This document shows positions 27,849-40,122 of a stretch of 64,000 nucleotides of DNA, piece by piece (position 1 is the stretch's first letter; every line of letters begins with the position of its first letter). A program made the translations under genes and the position numbers. Source of the DNA: Capsulimonadaceae bacterium (lineage in GTDB: Bacteria; Armatimonadota; Armatimonadia; Armatimonadales; Capsulimonadaceae); the NCBI GenBank assembly GCA_965215505.1, contig OZ244065.1:1408001-1472000 (forward strand), in the 5' to 3' direction. Below the pieces are notes generated by a model, which searched no databases, was not told the origin of the DNA, and worked only from the letters and a program-made list of their open reading frames with translations.

Positions 27849-29168
27849 ATGTCATCCGCCGTCACGCCTCAGGGCACCCTGTCTTTCGCCTCACTCGGCC
27901 TGCGCGCCGAACTCCTGCGCGCCCTCGCGGACTCGGGCTACGAAATTCCTACCCCCGTGCAGGCCCAGGCCATCCCGCCCATCCTGCTAGGGCGCGACGT
28001 GCTGGCCGGGGCGCAGACCGGTACCGGCAAGACGGCGGCCTTCACGCTCCCGCTCTTGCAGCGCCTCCTGGCCTCCCCGTCGCAGTCGGCGGCCTCGCGG
28101 CGGCCCGTGCGCGCCCTCGTCCTGACGCCGACGCGCGAGCTGGCCGCGCAGGTGGAGGAGAGCATCCGCGTCTACGGGCAGCACCTCCCCCTGAAGTCCA
28201 CCGTGGTCTTCGGCGGCGTCAACATCAACCCGCAGATAGAAGCATTGCGGTCGGGGGTGGACATCCTGGTCGCCACGCCGGGCCGCCTGCTGGACCACCT
28301 GGGGCAGAAGACGCTCGACCTGAGCCGCGTGGAGATCTTCGTGCTGGACGAGGCCGACCGGATGCTGGACATGGGGTTCATCCGCGACATCCGGCGCGTC
28401 CTCGCGCTCCTGCCGGCCCGCCGCCAGAACCTGCTGTTCTCGGCGACCTTTACCGACGAGATCCGGACGCTGGCCGACGGCTTCCTGCATTCGCCCGTGG
28501 GGGTGGACGTTGCCCGGCGCAATGCCGAGAGCGAGCTGGTGCGCCAATCCGTCTACCTCGCCGAGAAGGAGGACAAGCGCGCCCTGCTTGTCTATCTTCT
28601 GGCGGGCGGGGGCGGGGGTGAGAGGATCGAACAGGCCTTGGTGTTTACGCGCACCAAGTACGGCGCGGACAAGCTGGCAAAAAATCTGGGCAAGGACGGC
28701 GTCTCCGCCGCCCCCATCCACGGCGACCGCAGCCAGCCGCAGCGCACGCGCGCGCTGGCCGACTTCAAATCGGGGGCCGTGCGCGTCCTGGTGGCGACCG
28801 ACATCGCCGCGCGCGGCCTGGACATCGAACAGCTCCCGCATGTCATCAACTTCGAGCTGCCCGCGGTCCCGGAGGACTACGTCCACCGCATCGGGCGCAC
28901 GGGCCGCGCGGGCAGCACAGGCGACGCCTTTTCCCTGGTCAGCACGGAAGAACTGCCCAACCTCGCCGCCATCGAAAAGCTGCAAGGCAAAAAGATCGTC
29001 CGCCGCGAGACGCCCGGCTTCGTCCCCCCACCCCGCGTGCCGGTGGAGGCTCAGGGCGTGGCAGGAAGCGCGGCTGGCAGATCCGCCCCGGCTCCTCGGC
29101 CCGCTCCACCCAGCGCGCGCCCCGCCCCGCCCGCTGGCCTCCGGTTCAGGCCGCGCGGCAGGGGCTGA
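27849..29168 (+). CDS. rhlE: DEAD-box RNA helicase (RhlE-like)
   Basis: Q motif, [36 protein letters not shown]. Confidence 0.93.
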   Translation: MSSAVTPQGTLSFASLGLRAELLRALADSGYEIPTPVQAQAIPPILLGRDVLAGAQTGTGKTAAFTLPLLQRLLASPSQSAASRRPVRALVLTPTRELAAQVEESIRVYGQHLPLKSTVVFGGVNINPQIEALRSGVDILVATPGRLLDHLGQKTLDLSRVEIFVLDEADRMLDMGFIRDIRRVLALLPARRQNLLFSATFTDEIRTLADGFLHSPVGVDVARRNAESELVRQSVYLAEKEDKRALLVYLLAGGGGGERIEQALVFTRTKYGADKLAKNLGKDGVSAAPIHGDRSQPQRTRALADFKSGAVRVLVATDIAARGLDIEQLPHVINFELPAVPEDYVHRIGRTGRAGSTGDAFSLVSTEELPNLAAIEKLQGKKIVRRETPGFVPPPRVPVEAQGVAGSAAGRSAPAPRPAPPSARPAPPAGLRFRPRGRG

Positions 29169-29178
29169 ACGCCACCCT

Positions 29179-29427
29179 TTAGGCGGCGACAGCCACCCGA
29201 GTTTCCAACGTCTCGATCTCGCGCGTCTCGCGAACCTCGAAGGCCGTCACGTCCGGCACGTCCCGGCCCTGTTCGCGCTTGTAGTCGAAGAGGTCAAACA
29301 GGGCGTCCCGGAAGTTCTGAATGGCTTCTTCGCGCGTGTCGCCGGTCGCGATCACAGCATCCTCCAGGTCCGGGGCGTAAGCTCCCCAATTCTCCTGGGC
29401 TTTTTCCACAACCACTGTGAGTGTCAT
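29179..29427 (-). CDS. hicB: HicB-family antitoxin
   Basis: VVVEKAQENWGAYAPDL...ATGDTREEA. Confidence 0.85.
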   Translation of the reverse strand: MTLTVVVEKAQENWGAYAPDLEDAVIATGDTREEAIQNFRDALFDLFDYKREQGRDVPDVTAFEVRETREIETLETRVAVAA

Positions 29428-29621
29428 CGTAGCGGTAACCCCGACTTTCTGCGGATGTCTTGGAGCTGTCCCGGCGATACATCCTTGCTGTCTTCACCGG
29501 AAACAGAAATCTCGTTCGCAACGCCTGCCTTTTTGTAGATGCGGTGGCTGCTGCGGCCACCTCGTCGGACGAAGACCCACCCGTCGTCTTCGAGCTGTCT
29601 CACGACTGCTTTCACCTTCAT
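29424..29621 (-). CDS. hicA: HicA-family toxin
   Basis: LEDDGWVFVR..SSHRIYK...DVSPGQLQDI; 4-nt overlap with hicB. Confidence 0.85.
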   Translation of the reverse strand: MKVKAVVRQLEDDGWVFVRRGGRSSHRIYKKAGVANEISVSGEDSKDVSPGQLQDIRRKSGLPLR

Positions 29622-29719
29622 TCCTTGACTGCTCTCTGCTCGGCCTCCGAGCCGGTCTGTTCCGTGATTATTCTAGCAGACGGGAACAGCAAAGTCAACG
29701 CTGCGTCACCTCGAACACG

Positions 29720-29754
29720 AAACCGCCCCCACGCTCTCAGCGCGGGGGCGGTTT
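29720..29754 (-). terminator. Rho-independent terminator
   Basis: AAACCGCCCCCACGCT..AGCGCGGGGGCGGTTT just downstream of the 29774 ORF. Confidence 0.7.
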
Positions 29755-29773
29755 GACTTCAGCCGCGTCGGCC

Positions 29774-30412
29774 CTAGTAGGGGTTGACGATCTGCGTCCG
29801 CAGCGTCAGCGGGCGGGTCAGCTTGATGGAGATCTCGTCGCCGCGCTTCAGCGACACGTCGCTGGCGGACTTCTTCTGGAGCTGGTTCGCCCCGTAGCCG
29901 GCCGCGCCGCCCAGCACCGCGCCGCCGATGGCGTCCCCGAGCTTGCGCTTGCGGGAGAAGCCGAGCAGGGCACCCGCCGCCGCGCCGATGCTGCCATACT
30001 GCGACTTGTCGGAGGTGGGCTTGGTGCCGACGAGCTGCGCGGTGGCGACGCCGGCGGACGCCGTATTATAGGCATAGGCGCTGCCGCTGCCCGAACCGAA
30101 GTTCACGCGCAGGACGCCCGCCGCTTTGGGGTTGGCGGGGTGGACGGAAGCCACCCGGCCATTGAAAATGGCCCCGGTGGGGATGCCGCTGTTGTCATCC
30201 CCGGCCACCTGGACGCGGACGCGGTCGCCCGTCTGAGCGTCGGCGGAGCTGAGGTCCTGGAGCAGCTTGACCTTGACGGTGGTGCCCGCCGCGATCTGGT
30301 GCTGGGGCGACTGGAACTCGATCCCGCTGTCTGAGGACTGCGCCAGGGCGGGCATGATCATGCTCCCGGCAAGGAGGCCCGCCAGGATGGTTTGTGATGT
30401 GGTTCTCTTCAT
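29774..30412 (-). CDS. Secreted hypothetical protein with glycine-zipper segment
   Basis: GGAG RBS, signal peptide (ALA|Q), GAAAGALLG..GGAVLGGAAGYG. Confidence 0.8.
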   Translation of the reverse strand: MKRTTSQTILAGLLAGSMIMPALAQSSDSGIEFQSPQHQIAAGTTVKVKLLQDLSSADAQTGDRVRVQVAGDDNSGIPTGAIFNGRVASVHPANPKAAGVLRVNFGSGSGSAYAYNTASAGVATAQLVGTKPTSDKSQYGSIGAAAGALLGFSRKRKLGDAIGGAVLGGAAGYGANQLQKKSASDVSLKRGDEISIKLTRPLTLRTQIVNPY

Positions 30413-30550
30413 GGTTTGTTTGTCTCCGACTGTCAAGCGCCGCCCGTGCGGCGTCCCGTTCTTACGGTACATGACGATGGGCGGGGCAAAAATGTTCGCC
30501 GCCATGTTCGTCCCATGGTTTGATATACCCATTCAGCCGCCCAAATCCTC

Positions 30551-31885
30551 TCAGCCCCGGCCCTCTACACGCATCCGCATCCCATGTCTGGGCCGCAGGG
30601 TGACGATGGGCTGGGTCGCGACCACTTGATCCGGCGCGAGGCGGAGTCGCCACGACTGGCCGAGAGTCGCCAGAAGTAACACGCCCTCCATCCAGGCGAA
30701 CTGCTCGCCGATGCAGACGCGCGGGCCGCCGCCGAAGGGGTAAAAGGCGAACTTGGGGCGGATGGCCTCCGCTTCCGGCGTCCAGCGGTCCGGGTCGAAC
30801 CGCTCCGCGTCGGGCCAGAAGCGCGGGTCGCGGTGGGTCACGGCCTGGCACGGCAGGACGATGGTCCCGGCGGCGAGCGTGTAGCCGCCTATGGCGTAGT
30901 CCGTCAGCAGGCGGCGGCCGATGATCCAGGCGGGCGGGTAGAGGCGGAGCGACTCGGAGAAGACACGGCGGGTGTAGGGCAGGCGCGGCAGGTCGCCCTC
31001 CGTGGGCGTCCGCCCGGCCAGGACGGCATCAAGTTCGGCGTGGAAGCGCGCCTCGACATCCGGGTGCTGGGAAAGCAGATACCAGGTCCAGGTCATCGCG
31101 TTGGCCGTGGTCTCGTGGCCGGCCAGGAACAGGGTCAGGGCCTCGTCGCGCACCTGCTCGTCCGACATGCGGCCGCCGTCTTCCTCGTCGCGCGCCGCCA
31201 GCAGCATGGAGAGCAGGTCGCCCCGGTCCTCCCCGCCCGCCCGGTGCCGGGCGATCAGGCGGTAGATCGTCGCGTCCAGCCGGGCGCGGGCCGACCGGAA
31301 CCTTCGGACGGCGGGCAGGGGCAGGCGCTCCAGGAGATTCGAAAAGGGCAATTGGAGCAGGTGGAACAGGCCGATGACTTCGCCGAGCGCGCCGTCGATC
31401 TCCGCCGCCTCGGCCTCCACCTCGGCCCCGAAGAGCGTCTTGCCGACGATGGCGAGCGTCAGGCGCATCATCTCGGCGTGGACATCCAGCGTCTCGCCGT
31501 CCCGCCATCGCTCGCGGGTCTGGACGGCATAGCGGGTCATGGCCTCGGCGTAGGCCGCGACCCGCTGCCGGTGGAACGCGGGCTGCATCAGCCGCCGCTG
31601 GCGCAGGTGGAAGCCGCCCTCGCTGGTCAGCAGCCCTTCCCCGAGGAGCCGCTTGATCTGTTCCAGCCCGCGCCCCTTCTTGAACTGCTTCGGATGCGTC
31701 ACCAGCACGTCCCGGATCAAGTCAGGGTGGTTAATCAGGTAGACGGGGTGCCGGCTGAGGGGGATGCGGACGACGTCCCCGTACTCGGACGCCGCCCGGC
31801 GTAGGCAGGCAATCGGGTCGCGCCGGAACTGGAGGAGGGCCTGGCCGGGGAACCGCTGCGGGAAGACGGGAGGCTGTGAGTCCAT
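30551..31885 (-). CDS. Cytochrome P450
   Basis: AGHETT I-helix, ESLR (ExxR), FDPDRW, PFGGGPRVCIG heme-Cys motif. Confidence 0.96.
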   Translation of the reverse strand: MDSQPPVFPQRFPGQALLQFRRDPIACLRRAASEYGDVVRIPLSRHPVYLINHPDLIRDVLVTHPKQFKKGRGLEQIKRLLGEGLLTSEGGFHLRQRRLMQPAFHRQRVAAYAEAMTRYAVQTRERWRDGETLDVHAEMMRLTLAIVGKTLFGAEVEAEAAEIDGALGEVIGLFHLLQLPFSNLLERLPLPAVRRFRSARARLDATIYRLIARHRAGGEDRGDLLSMLLAARDEEDGGRMSDEQVRDEALTLFLAGHETTANAMTWTWYLLSQHPDVEARFHAELDAVLAGRTPTEGDLPRLPYTRRVFSESLRLYPPAWIIGRRLLTDYAIGGYTLAAGTIVLPCQAVTHRDPRFWPDAERFDPDRWTPEAEAIRPKFAFYPFGGGPRVCIGEQFAWMEGVLLLATLGQSWRLRLAPDQVVATQPIVTLRPRHGMRMRVEGRG

Positions 31886-31923
31886 GGGAGGAGTATACCA
31901 GAGGCGGTAAAGTGGCAACAGGA

Positions 31924-31973
31924 GCCGTAGGGGCGAACGCAAAAAGGGCGAACACAAGGTTCGCCCCTACGGC
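31924..31973. repeat. REP-like palindrome, family A (partial doublet)
   Basis: GCCGTAGGGGCGAAC-gcaaaaa-GGGCGAACACAAGGTTCGCCCCTACGGC. Confidence 0.78.
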
Positions 31974-31984
31974 CTATCCACCCT

Positions 31985-32563
31985 TTACGCCGCCCCCGCC
32001 TTTTCGCGCTGGTCCGCGTGCCTGCCCTCGGCGAACTCCTCGATGATCTTCTCGTTGAAGGCGGGGATGTCGTCGGGCTTGCGGCTCGTCACCAGGCCGT
32101 TGTCCGTCACGACCTCCTGATCCACCCAGTTCGCCCCCGCATTGCGGAGGTCAGTCTGGAGCGAGGGCCAGGAGGTCAGCGTGACGCCCTTCACGACGCC
32201 CGCCTCGATCAGCGTCCACGGGCCGTGGCAGATGGCGGCGACCGGCTTGCCGGCCTCGAAGAACGCCTTGACGAACGCGACGGCCTCGGGGATGACCCGC
32301 AGGTTGTCCGGGTTGGCGACGCCGCCCGGCAGCAGCAGGGCGTCGTAGTTCGCCGGGTCCGCCCCCGATAGCGGGAGGTCCACGGGCAGCTTGTCGCCGG
32401 GCTTGTCGTGGTTGAATCCCTGCACCCTGCCCTCGACGGGCGAGATCAGGTGGGTGAGCGCGCCTGCCGCGTCCAGCGCCTTACGCGGCTCGGTCAGCTC
32501 CACCTGCTCGAAGCCGTCGGCGACCAGGATCGCCACTTTCTTTCCGTCTAGCTGTGCCATCAT
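31985..32563 (-). CDS. PfpI/DJ-1 family protein (type 1 glutamine amidotransferase-like)
   Basis: DGFEQVE, LPGG, AICHGPW, TSRKPDD. Confidence 0.93.
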   Translation of the reverse strand: MMAQLDGKKVAILVADGFEQVELTEPRKALDAAGALTHLISPVEGRVQGFNHDKPGDKLPVDLPLSGADPANYDALLLPGGVANPDNLRVIPEAVAFVKAFFEAGKPVAAICHGPWTLIEAGVVKGVTLTSWPSLQTDLRNAGANWVDQEVVTDNGLVTSRKPDDIPAFNEKIIEEFAEGRHADQREKAGAA

Positions 32564-32778
32564 TGGTTTCCCTTCCTGTTCACATGTTCCGGACTGCGTC
32601 CGCTGACACCGTGTTACCCGATGGGCGATAAGGCGAAAACCGAACGGGCGCGAAAATCCCCCTGTTTATTAACCTAATGTCAATACGTTAAGGTAGGATT
32701 TTCCGCATCACGAGGTGTATACTAAGACCGTTCATTTTGCCCAACGAGGCATCGCTTTGTGAAAGGACCTCTCAGACC

Positions 32779-33591
32779 ATGGTCGAAACCCCTGATTTCC
32801 TCAAAGACGCGGTCAGTCGGCGCACGTTCCTGGCCCGCATGACGGCGGCCGGACTGGGCACCGCCGCTGCCGCCCTCATCGCCGGCTGCGGCGGCAGCAG
32901 CAGCAACAGCGGCGGCACCATCAACACCGGCACCGGCACCACCTTCGGCGACTCGGCGAACTTCCCCGGCATCCCCGGCGGCAGTGAGGACGTGGTCGTC
33001 CTGAACTACGCCCTGACCCTGGAAACCCTGGAAGCGGACCTGTACCGCCAGGCCCTCAACATCGCCGCAGGCCTGCCCATCGGCACCGCCCTCCCCGCCG
33101 ACACTTCCGCCTACACGCAGGCGGTCGGCAACGGCGGCCTCGACCCCACCCTGGCGGCCGTCGGCTTCCTGTACCTGAAGCAGTACGCCGCTGTCGAAGC
33201 CGCCCACCGCGACTTCCTGCGCGCGGCCATCTCCGGCGCGGGCGCGACTCCAGTCCCGGCCAACCCCAAGGGCTACAGCATCGGCCTGGCGGCGGGGACG
33301 GACCTCAAGACCATCCTGACGCTGATCCGCACGGTGGAGGAGACCGGCGTTACCGCCTACCTCGGCGCGGCGGGCTTCCTGACCAACACGGCCTACGTCC
33401 AGATCGCGGCCAGCATCTACACCACCGAGGCGCGGCACTCGGCGGGCGTCAACTACGTCCTCGGCCTGCCCACCGGGCCGACCGGTAATGTCGGCGGCAA
33501 GCAGCCCGCGGCAGGTGCCGTAGACGAGTTCGAGTACGCCCAGTCGCCCTCGGCGGTCTTGGCCGGCGTCAAGCCCTTCTTCATCATGTAG
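32779..33591 (+). CDS. Ferritin-like domain protein, Tat lipoprotein
   Basis: SRRTFL twin-Arg, LIAGC lipobox, LNYALTLETLEADLY, EAAH, EETG..AY, EARH. Confidence 0.88.
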   Translation: MVETPDFLKDAVSRRTFLARMTAAGLGTAAAALIAGCGGSSSNSGGTINTGTGTTFGDSANFPGIPGGSEDVVVLNYALTLETLEADLYRQALNIAAGLPIGTALPADTSAYTQAVGNGGLDPTLAAVGFLYLKQYAAVEAAHRDFLRAAISGAGATPVPANPKGYSIGLAAGTDLKTILTLIRTVEETGVTAYLGAAGFLTNTAYVQIAASIYTTEARHSAGVNYVLGLPTGPTGNVGGKQPAAGAVDEFEYAQSPSAVLAGVKPFFIM

Positions 33592-33649
33592 GCTCTTCCA
33601 GGCTCTTCATCCTGTCGGCCACGCGCGCCACAGAAAGGTCTTTTCATTC

Positions 33650-34423
33650 ATGGCTACGCATCTCACACTGTTCTACTCCGTTGACCCGAAGCTCACCGGT
33701 GCTACTTCCGTCCCGATCCCCGGCACCACCCCGGACACCAAGGCCCTGAACTTCGCTCTGGCCCTGGAGACGCTCGAAGCCGAGCTGTACCGCCAGGCCC
33801 TCCTGCGCCTGACGACCGGCGGCACCGACATGTTCGGCAGTGCAATCGCCGGCCTGGGCCTCGCCTCCACCCAGCTCGACGTGCAGTACCTGACCACCTT
33901 CGGCAAGGTCGAGGCCGAACACCGCGACTTCCTCACCACGGCCCTGGGCGGCAACTGGGTGACGACCGCCAAGGCCCTGTTCGACTTCGGGTTCGCCACG
34001 ACGAACAACTTCGGCACCGCTCCGCTGTCCCGGCTTCAGACTATGCAGCTCATCTATGCCGCCGAGCAGACCGGCATCTCCGCCTATCTGGGCGGCATCA
34101 CGGCCGGCGGCCTGGTGGCGGGCAGCCAGTATCTGGGGATCGCGGCCAGCATCCTCGGCACCGAAGCGCGCCACACTACGGCGGTCGCCATCCTGCTGAA
34201 CAGCGGACTGTTCAACGAGACGCCGAAGCTCGCGACCGCGCCGCTGGTCACCCCAACCGTCAAGGACCTGGGCACGGCCAATGGGCCGGGCCTGGACACC
34301 GCCCTCCCCCCCGACGCCATCCTGTACGGCGGCGGCACGGTCGCGGCGGACACGACGGTCGCGGGTGACGGCAAGATCAACGGCGTCTCCGGTCCCAGGG
34401 GCTTCGTCTTCAGCAACCCGTAG
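33650..34423 (+). CDS. Ferritin-like domain protein
   Basis: LNFALALETLEAELY, EAEH, EQTG..AY, EARH; no signal peptide. Confidence 0.88.
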   Translation: MATHLTLFYSVDPKLTGATSVPIPGTTPDTKALNFALALETLEAELYRQALLRLTTGGTDMFGSAIAGLGLASTQLDVQYLTTFGKVEAEHRDFLTTALGGNWVTTAKALFDFGFATTNNFGTAPLSRLQTMQLIYAAEQTGISAYLGGITAGGLVAGSQYLGIAASILGTEARHTTAVAILLNSGLFNETPKLATAPLVTPTVKDLGTANGPGLDTALPPDAILYGGGTVAADTTVAGDGKINGVSGPRGFVFSNP

Positions 34424-34465
34424 GCCGGCCCGCCGCCCGGTCGAACGAAGCCGGGCGGAAGAACC

Positions 34466-34506
34466 AAAAATGGCCCCGGAACGCACGAGCGTTCCGGGGC
34501 CTCTTC
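34466..34506. terminator. Bidirectional terminator
   Basis: AAAAAT-GGCCCCGGAACGC-acga-GCGTTCCGGGGCC-TCTTC. Confidence 0.75.
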
Positions 34507-34746
34507 GTGTCCGGTTCCCCCAGGGTTGAAGGCTTTGTTGGGGTGGGGCCAGGGGGCAGTCTTTTTCCACCGTGCCCGCCCCGCCGTTCGTGTCCGCGTC
34601 GAGGCCGCCATTCGTGCCGTTCGTATCAGAGGGGCCGGCTAGGGCGTTGGCGGCAGGCACGCCCAGGGAAAGAAGCCCAGCGGCGAGGCCGCGCAGGGCT
34701 GCGCCGTGGCACAGGTGATGGTGCGGGCGGCAATTTTCCCGGCCCG

Positions 34747-35013
34747 TCACAGGGCGAGCCGCGCCCGCAGCATCTCGGTGATCGTCCGCCCGATGATGTC
34801 CCCTTGGGCCTGCCCCCGGAGCAGCGCCTGATGCACCTCCAGGATGAGGAGGGGCGTAATGCCCGTGTAGCCCAGGCCCCGCATCTCCACAGCGATGTCC
34901 CGGTAGACGCCGGCGGCATCCGGTTCCCTGGCTTCAAATTCCGCGGCTTCAACGCCTCGGGTTTGGGTGTCCCGCTGGGGGGACTGAGGGCAGGGCTGTT
35001 CGGGTCGTTGCAA
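34747..35013 (-). CDS. Hypothetical protein
   Basis: AGGAGG RBS before TTG; globular-looking C-terminal half (VYRDIAVEMRGLGYTGITPLLILEVH). Confidence 0.55.
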   Translation of the reverse strand: MQRPEQPCPQSPQRDTQTRGVEAAEFEAREPDAAGVYRDIAVEMRGLGYTGITPLLILEVHQALLRGQAQGDIIGRTITEMLRARLAL

Positions 35014-35109
35014 GCGTGCGGTCCTCCTGGGGCGAAAGTCCCCCGAAGTCTAGCAAAGGAAGATGAAAACGCGATGAAGAGGAGGCTCACATTGACGACG
35101 GATGACAAC

Positions 35110-35145
35110 AAAACGGCCCCGCCCCGGTTCTCCGGGGCGGGGCCG
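35110..35145 (-). terminator. Rho-independent terminator of the GH5 gene
   Basis: CGGCCCCGCCCCGG-ttct-CCGGGGCGGGGCCG, followed by TTTT on the - strand. Confidence 0.8.
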
Positions 35146-35162
35146 CTGAGTGTCTCCGCTCG

Positions 35163-37355
<2,193 letters not shown>

Positions 37356-37433
37356 TCAATCGTAACGGATCACACTATGGTTTTACCCACATTCTCACGA
37401 TAGCGGGTATGCTCTTGGTGGAGGCGAGTAGCC

Positions 37434-38525
37434 ATGGATGAGATACAGACGGGTTTGCATGCTGTCGGCCAGACGCCGGACTATGAGGCGGTACTGAGCG
37501 AGGTGGCGACCCTGCTGGAAGCCGCACGACGGGCGGCGGCCCGGTCGGTCAACGCCGTGATGACGGCGACCTACTGGCAGATCGGGCGGCGGCTGGTCGA
37601 GGTGGAGCAGGAGGGGCAGGAGCGCGCAGGTTATGGGACGCAGCTCCTGAAGCGACTTTCCGTTGATCTGGCGGCCCGGTTCGGGCGCGGCTTTTCGGAA
37701 CGTAATCTGGAACAGATGCGGCTCTTTTATCGGGCTTGGCCAATTTCGCAGACAGTGTCTGCGAAATTCGGGGAGGATGTCCAGTTCCCGCTGCCATGGT
37801 CCCACTACGTCCAACTATTGTCGGTCCAGTCGGACAAGGCCCGCAGCTTTTACGAAACCGAGGCCCTGCGCGGTGGGTGGTCGGGACGTCAGCTGAGTCG
37901 CCAGATCGGCACCCAGTTTTATGAGCGGACCGCTCTTTCTCGGAACAAAGCCGCCATGCTGACGAAGGGCGGCGTCCCCAAGCCGGAGGACGCCGTGACG
38001 GCAGAAGGCGAGATCAAGGACCCATTCGTACTGGAATTCCTGGGCCTGCGGGATGAGTATTCCGAACACGACCTGGAAGAAGCTTTGATCCGCCACTTGG
38101 AGTCGTTCCTGCTCGAACTCGGCCCCGACTTCACATTCGTAGCCCGCCAGAAGCGGCTCCGCGTTGGCGACTCCTGGTTTCGGATGGATCTGCTGCTGTA
38201 TCACCGCCGCCTGCGCTGCCTCGTCATCATTGACCTCAAAATAGGGGAATTCAGCCCTGCGGATGCAGGACAAATGAATCTGTACGTCAACTATGCCGCC
38301 GAACACCTGACCCTGGATGGCGAGAACCGGCCCGTCGGGCTGATCCTCTGCTCCAAGCCGAACGCCGCCGTCGCCCACTATGCGCTTGAAGGTTTAGGGA
38401 ACAACATCCTGGCTGGGGAATACCGGCTGATCCTCCCCGATCCCGCGCGTCTCGAAGCTGAACTTGCCCGCACGCGCCGCCTTTTGGAAGGCCCGGTACT
38501 GGACGAACACGGCGGCGCTCCTTGA
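37434..38525 (+). CDS. YhcG/DUF1016 PD-(D/E)XK nuclease-domain protein
   Basis: TYWQIG, LPWSHY, IKDPFVLEFL, FLLELG..FTFVARQ, DLLLYH..LRCLVIIDLK, GQMNLY. Confidence 0.92.
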   Translation: MDEIQTGLHAVGQTPDYEAVLSEVATLLEAARRAAARSVNAVMTATYWQIGRRLVEVEQEGQERAGYGTQLLKRLSVDLAARFGRGFSERNLEQMRLFYRAWPISQTVSAKFGEDVQFPLPWSHYVQLLSVQSDKARSFYETEALRGGWSGRQLSRQIGTQFYERTALSRNKAAMLTKGGVPKPEDAVTAEGEIKDPFVLEFLGLRDEYSEHDLEEALIRHLESFLLELGPDFTFVARQKRLRVGDSWFRMDLLLYHRRLRCLVIIDLKIGEFSPADAGQMNLYVNYAAEHLTLDGENRPVGLILCSKPNAAVAHYALEGLGNNILAGEYRLILPDPARLEAELARTRRLLEGPVLDEHGGAP

Positions 38526-38624
38526 CTTCCACCCCCATTTTGTGCTATTCTAATGGCTGTTTTGACCGCCCGGAGACACGCATCTTCCCCGAGAGTGCCC
38601 CAGCGGCAGGAGGAAGAAAACGCC

Positions 38625-40121
38625 ATGACCGACGCCCCCGCGCCTCAACCGGAAGACCATTCCGAGAGCCAATCTGTTAATCAGTCCGGTAATCAACTCG
38701 AAGCCGAGTATGATCCCGAATACCAGCCCAAAGCACGCCCCGAGTACCAGCCCAAGCCCCTCGTCGCCATCGTCGGGCGGCCCAATGTCGGCAAGTCCAC
38801 GCTCTTCAACCGGCTCGTCGGCCGGCGCATCGCCATCGTGGAGGACACGCCCGGCATCACGCGCGACCGGCTGTACGCCGAGGGCGACTGGAACGGCCGC
38901 GAGTACAGCCTCGTGGACACCGGCGGCATCCAGATGTTTGACCCGGACCCCCTGAAGGCCCAGATCCGGGCGCAGGCCGAGATCGCCATGGAGGAGGCCG
39001 ACGTCATCGTCCTCGTCGTGGACACGACCGTCGGGCTGACCTCGGACGACATGGAACTCGCCAACGCCCTGCGCCGCTCGCCCAAGCCCCTCATCGTAAT
39101 CGCCAACAAGGTGGACAACGGCGACCAGGAGAACCGCAACGTCGCCGAGGTGTACGGGCTGGGCCTGCCGAACGTCTTCCCCGTCTCCGCCCTGGGTGGG
39201 CGCGGCGTCGCGGACGCTCTGGATGCCATCGTCGAGCGCTTCCCGCCTGCGCTGCCCAAGGCCGGCGAGGAGATCGAAGACGACCGGATCAAGATCGCCA
39301 TTATCGGGCGGCCCAACGTCGGCAAGTCGTCGCTCCTGAACTCGATTCTGGGCGAGGAGCGCGCCATCGTCTCCCCCATCGCCGGCACGACGCGCGACTC
39401 GATTGACACCGCCTTCACCTTCCACGCCGCCGGGGGCGACCGCGAAGTCGTCCTGATTGACACGGCTGGCATCCGGCGGGCGGGCAAGATCCAGGGCAGC
39501 GTCGAGTACTACACCGTCCTGCGCGCCATGCGGGCCATCGAGCGGGCCGACGTGGTCATGCTGGTCGTGGACGGACACGACGGCGTCACCGACGGTGACA
39601 AGCGCGTCGGCGGCTACGCCCACGAGGCGGGCCGGGCGGGCATCATCGTCGTCAACAAGTGGGACGTCGGCCGCAAGGACGTGCTGGAGGAGATGCCGGG
39701 CCAGAACCCGATGACCGTCTTCTCCGCCGAGCTGCGCGACGCCATGCACTTCATGGCCTACGCGCCGCTGGCCTTCACGAGTGCCCTCACCGGCAAGGGC
39801 GTCACGGCGGCCGTCGAGGCCGCCCTGGACGCCGCCGAGGCGCACTCCATGCGTATCCCGACGGGCGAGCTGAACCGCATCGTCCGGGACGCCGTGGACG
39901 CCCACCCCTACAACGATAAGGGCAAGTCGCTTAAGGTCAAGTACGCGACCATGCCGACCGTCAAGCCCCCGACCATCGTCCTGTTCGTCAACGACCCCGA
40001 GCTGATGCACTTTTCCTACCTGCGCTATTTGGAGAACCGCATCCGCGAATCCTATGCCTTCGAGGGGACGCCGCTGCGGCTTCAGGTCCGCAAGGCGGCG
40101 AAAGACAAGGAGAAAGAGTGA
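38625..40121 (+). CDS. der: Ribosome biogenesis GTPase Der (EngA)
   Basis: Two GRPNVGKS / DTxG / NKxD G-domains and C-terminal KH-like PPTIVLFVN...GTPL; AGGAGG RBS. Confidence 0.97.
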   Translation: MTDAPAPQPEDHSESQSVNQSGNQLEAEYDPEYQPKARPEYQPKPLVAIVGRPNVGKSTLFNRLVGRRIAIVEDTPGITRDRLYAEGDWNGREYSLVDTGGIQMFDPDPLKAQIRAQAEIAMEEADVIVLVVDTTVGLTSDDMELANALRRSPKPLIVIANKVDNGDQENRNVAEVYGLGLPNVFPVSALGGRGVADALDAIVERFPPALPKAGEEIEDDRIKIAIIGRPNVGKSSLLNSILGEERAIVSPIAGTTRDSIDTAFTFHAAGGDREVVLIDTAGIRRAGKIQGSVEYYTVLRAMRAIERADVVMLVVDGHDGVTDGDKRVGGYAHEAGRAGIIVVNKWDVGRKDVLEEMPGQNPMTVFSAELRDAMHFMAYAPLAFTSALTGKGVTAAVEAALDAAEAHSMRIPTGELNRIVRDAVDAHPYNDKGKSLKVKYATMPTVKPPTIVLFVNDPELMHFSYLRYLENRIRESYAFEGTPLRLQVRKAAKDKEKE

Positions 40122-40122
40122 T

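Noticed and set aside
29179-29621. HicAB as a novel system
   Set aside because: Ordinary, well-known type II TA pair.
34500-34630. Scattered TTCGTG motifs and a possible small ORF
   Set aside because: Short, irregularly spaced motifs and no convincing reading frame.
37434-38525. YhcG/DUF1016 gene as evidence of an integrated element
   Set aside because: No integrase, att-like repeats or other cargo adjacent; this family is often found alone.
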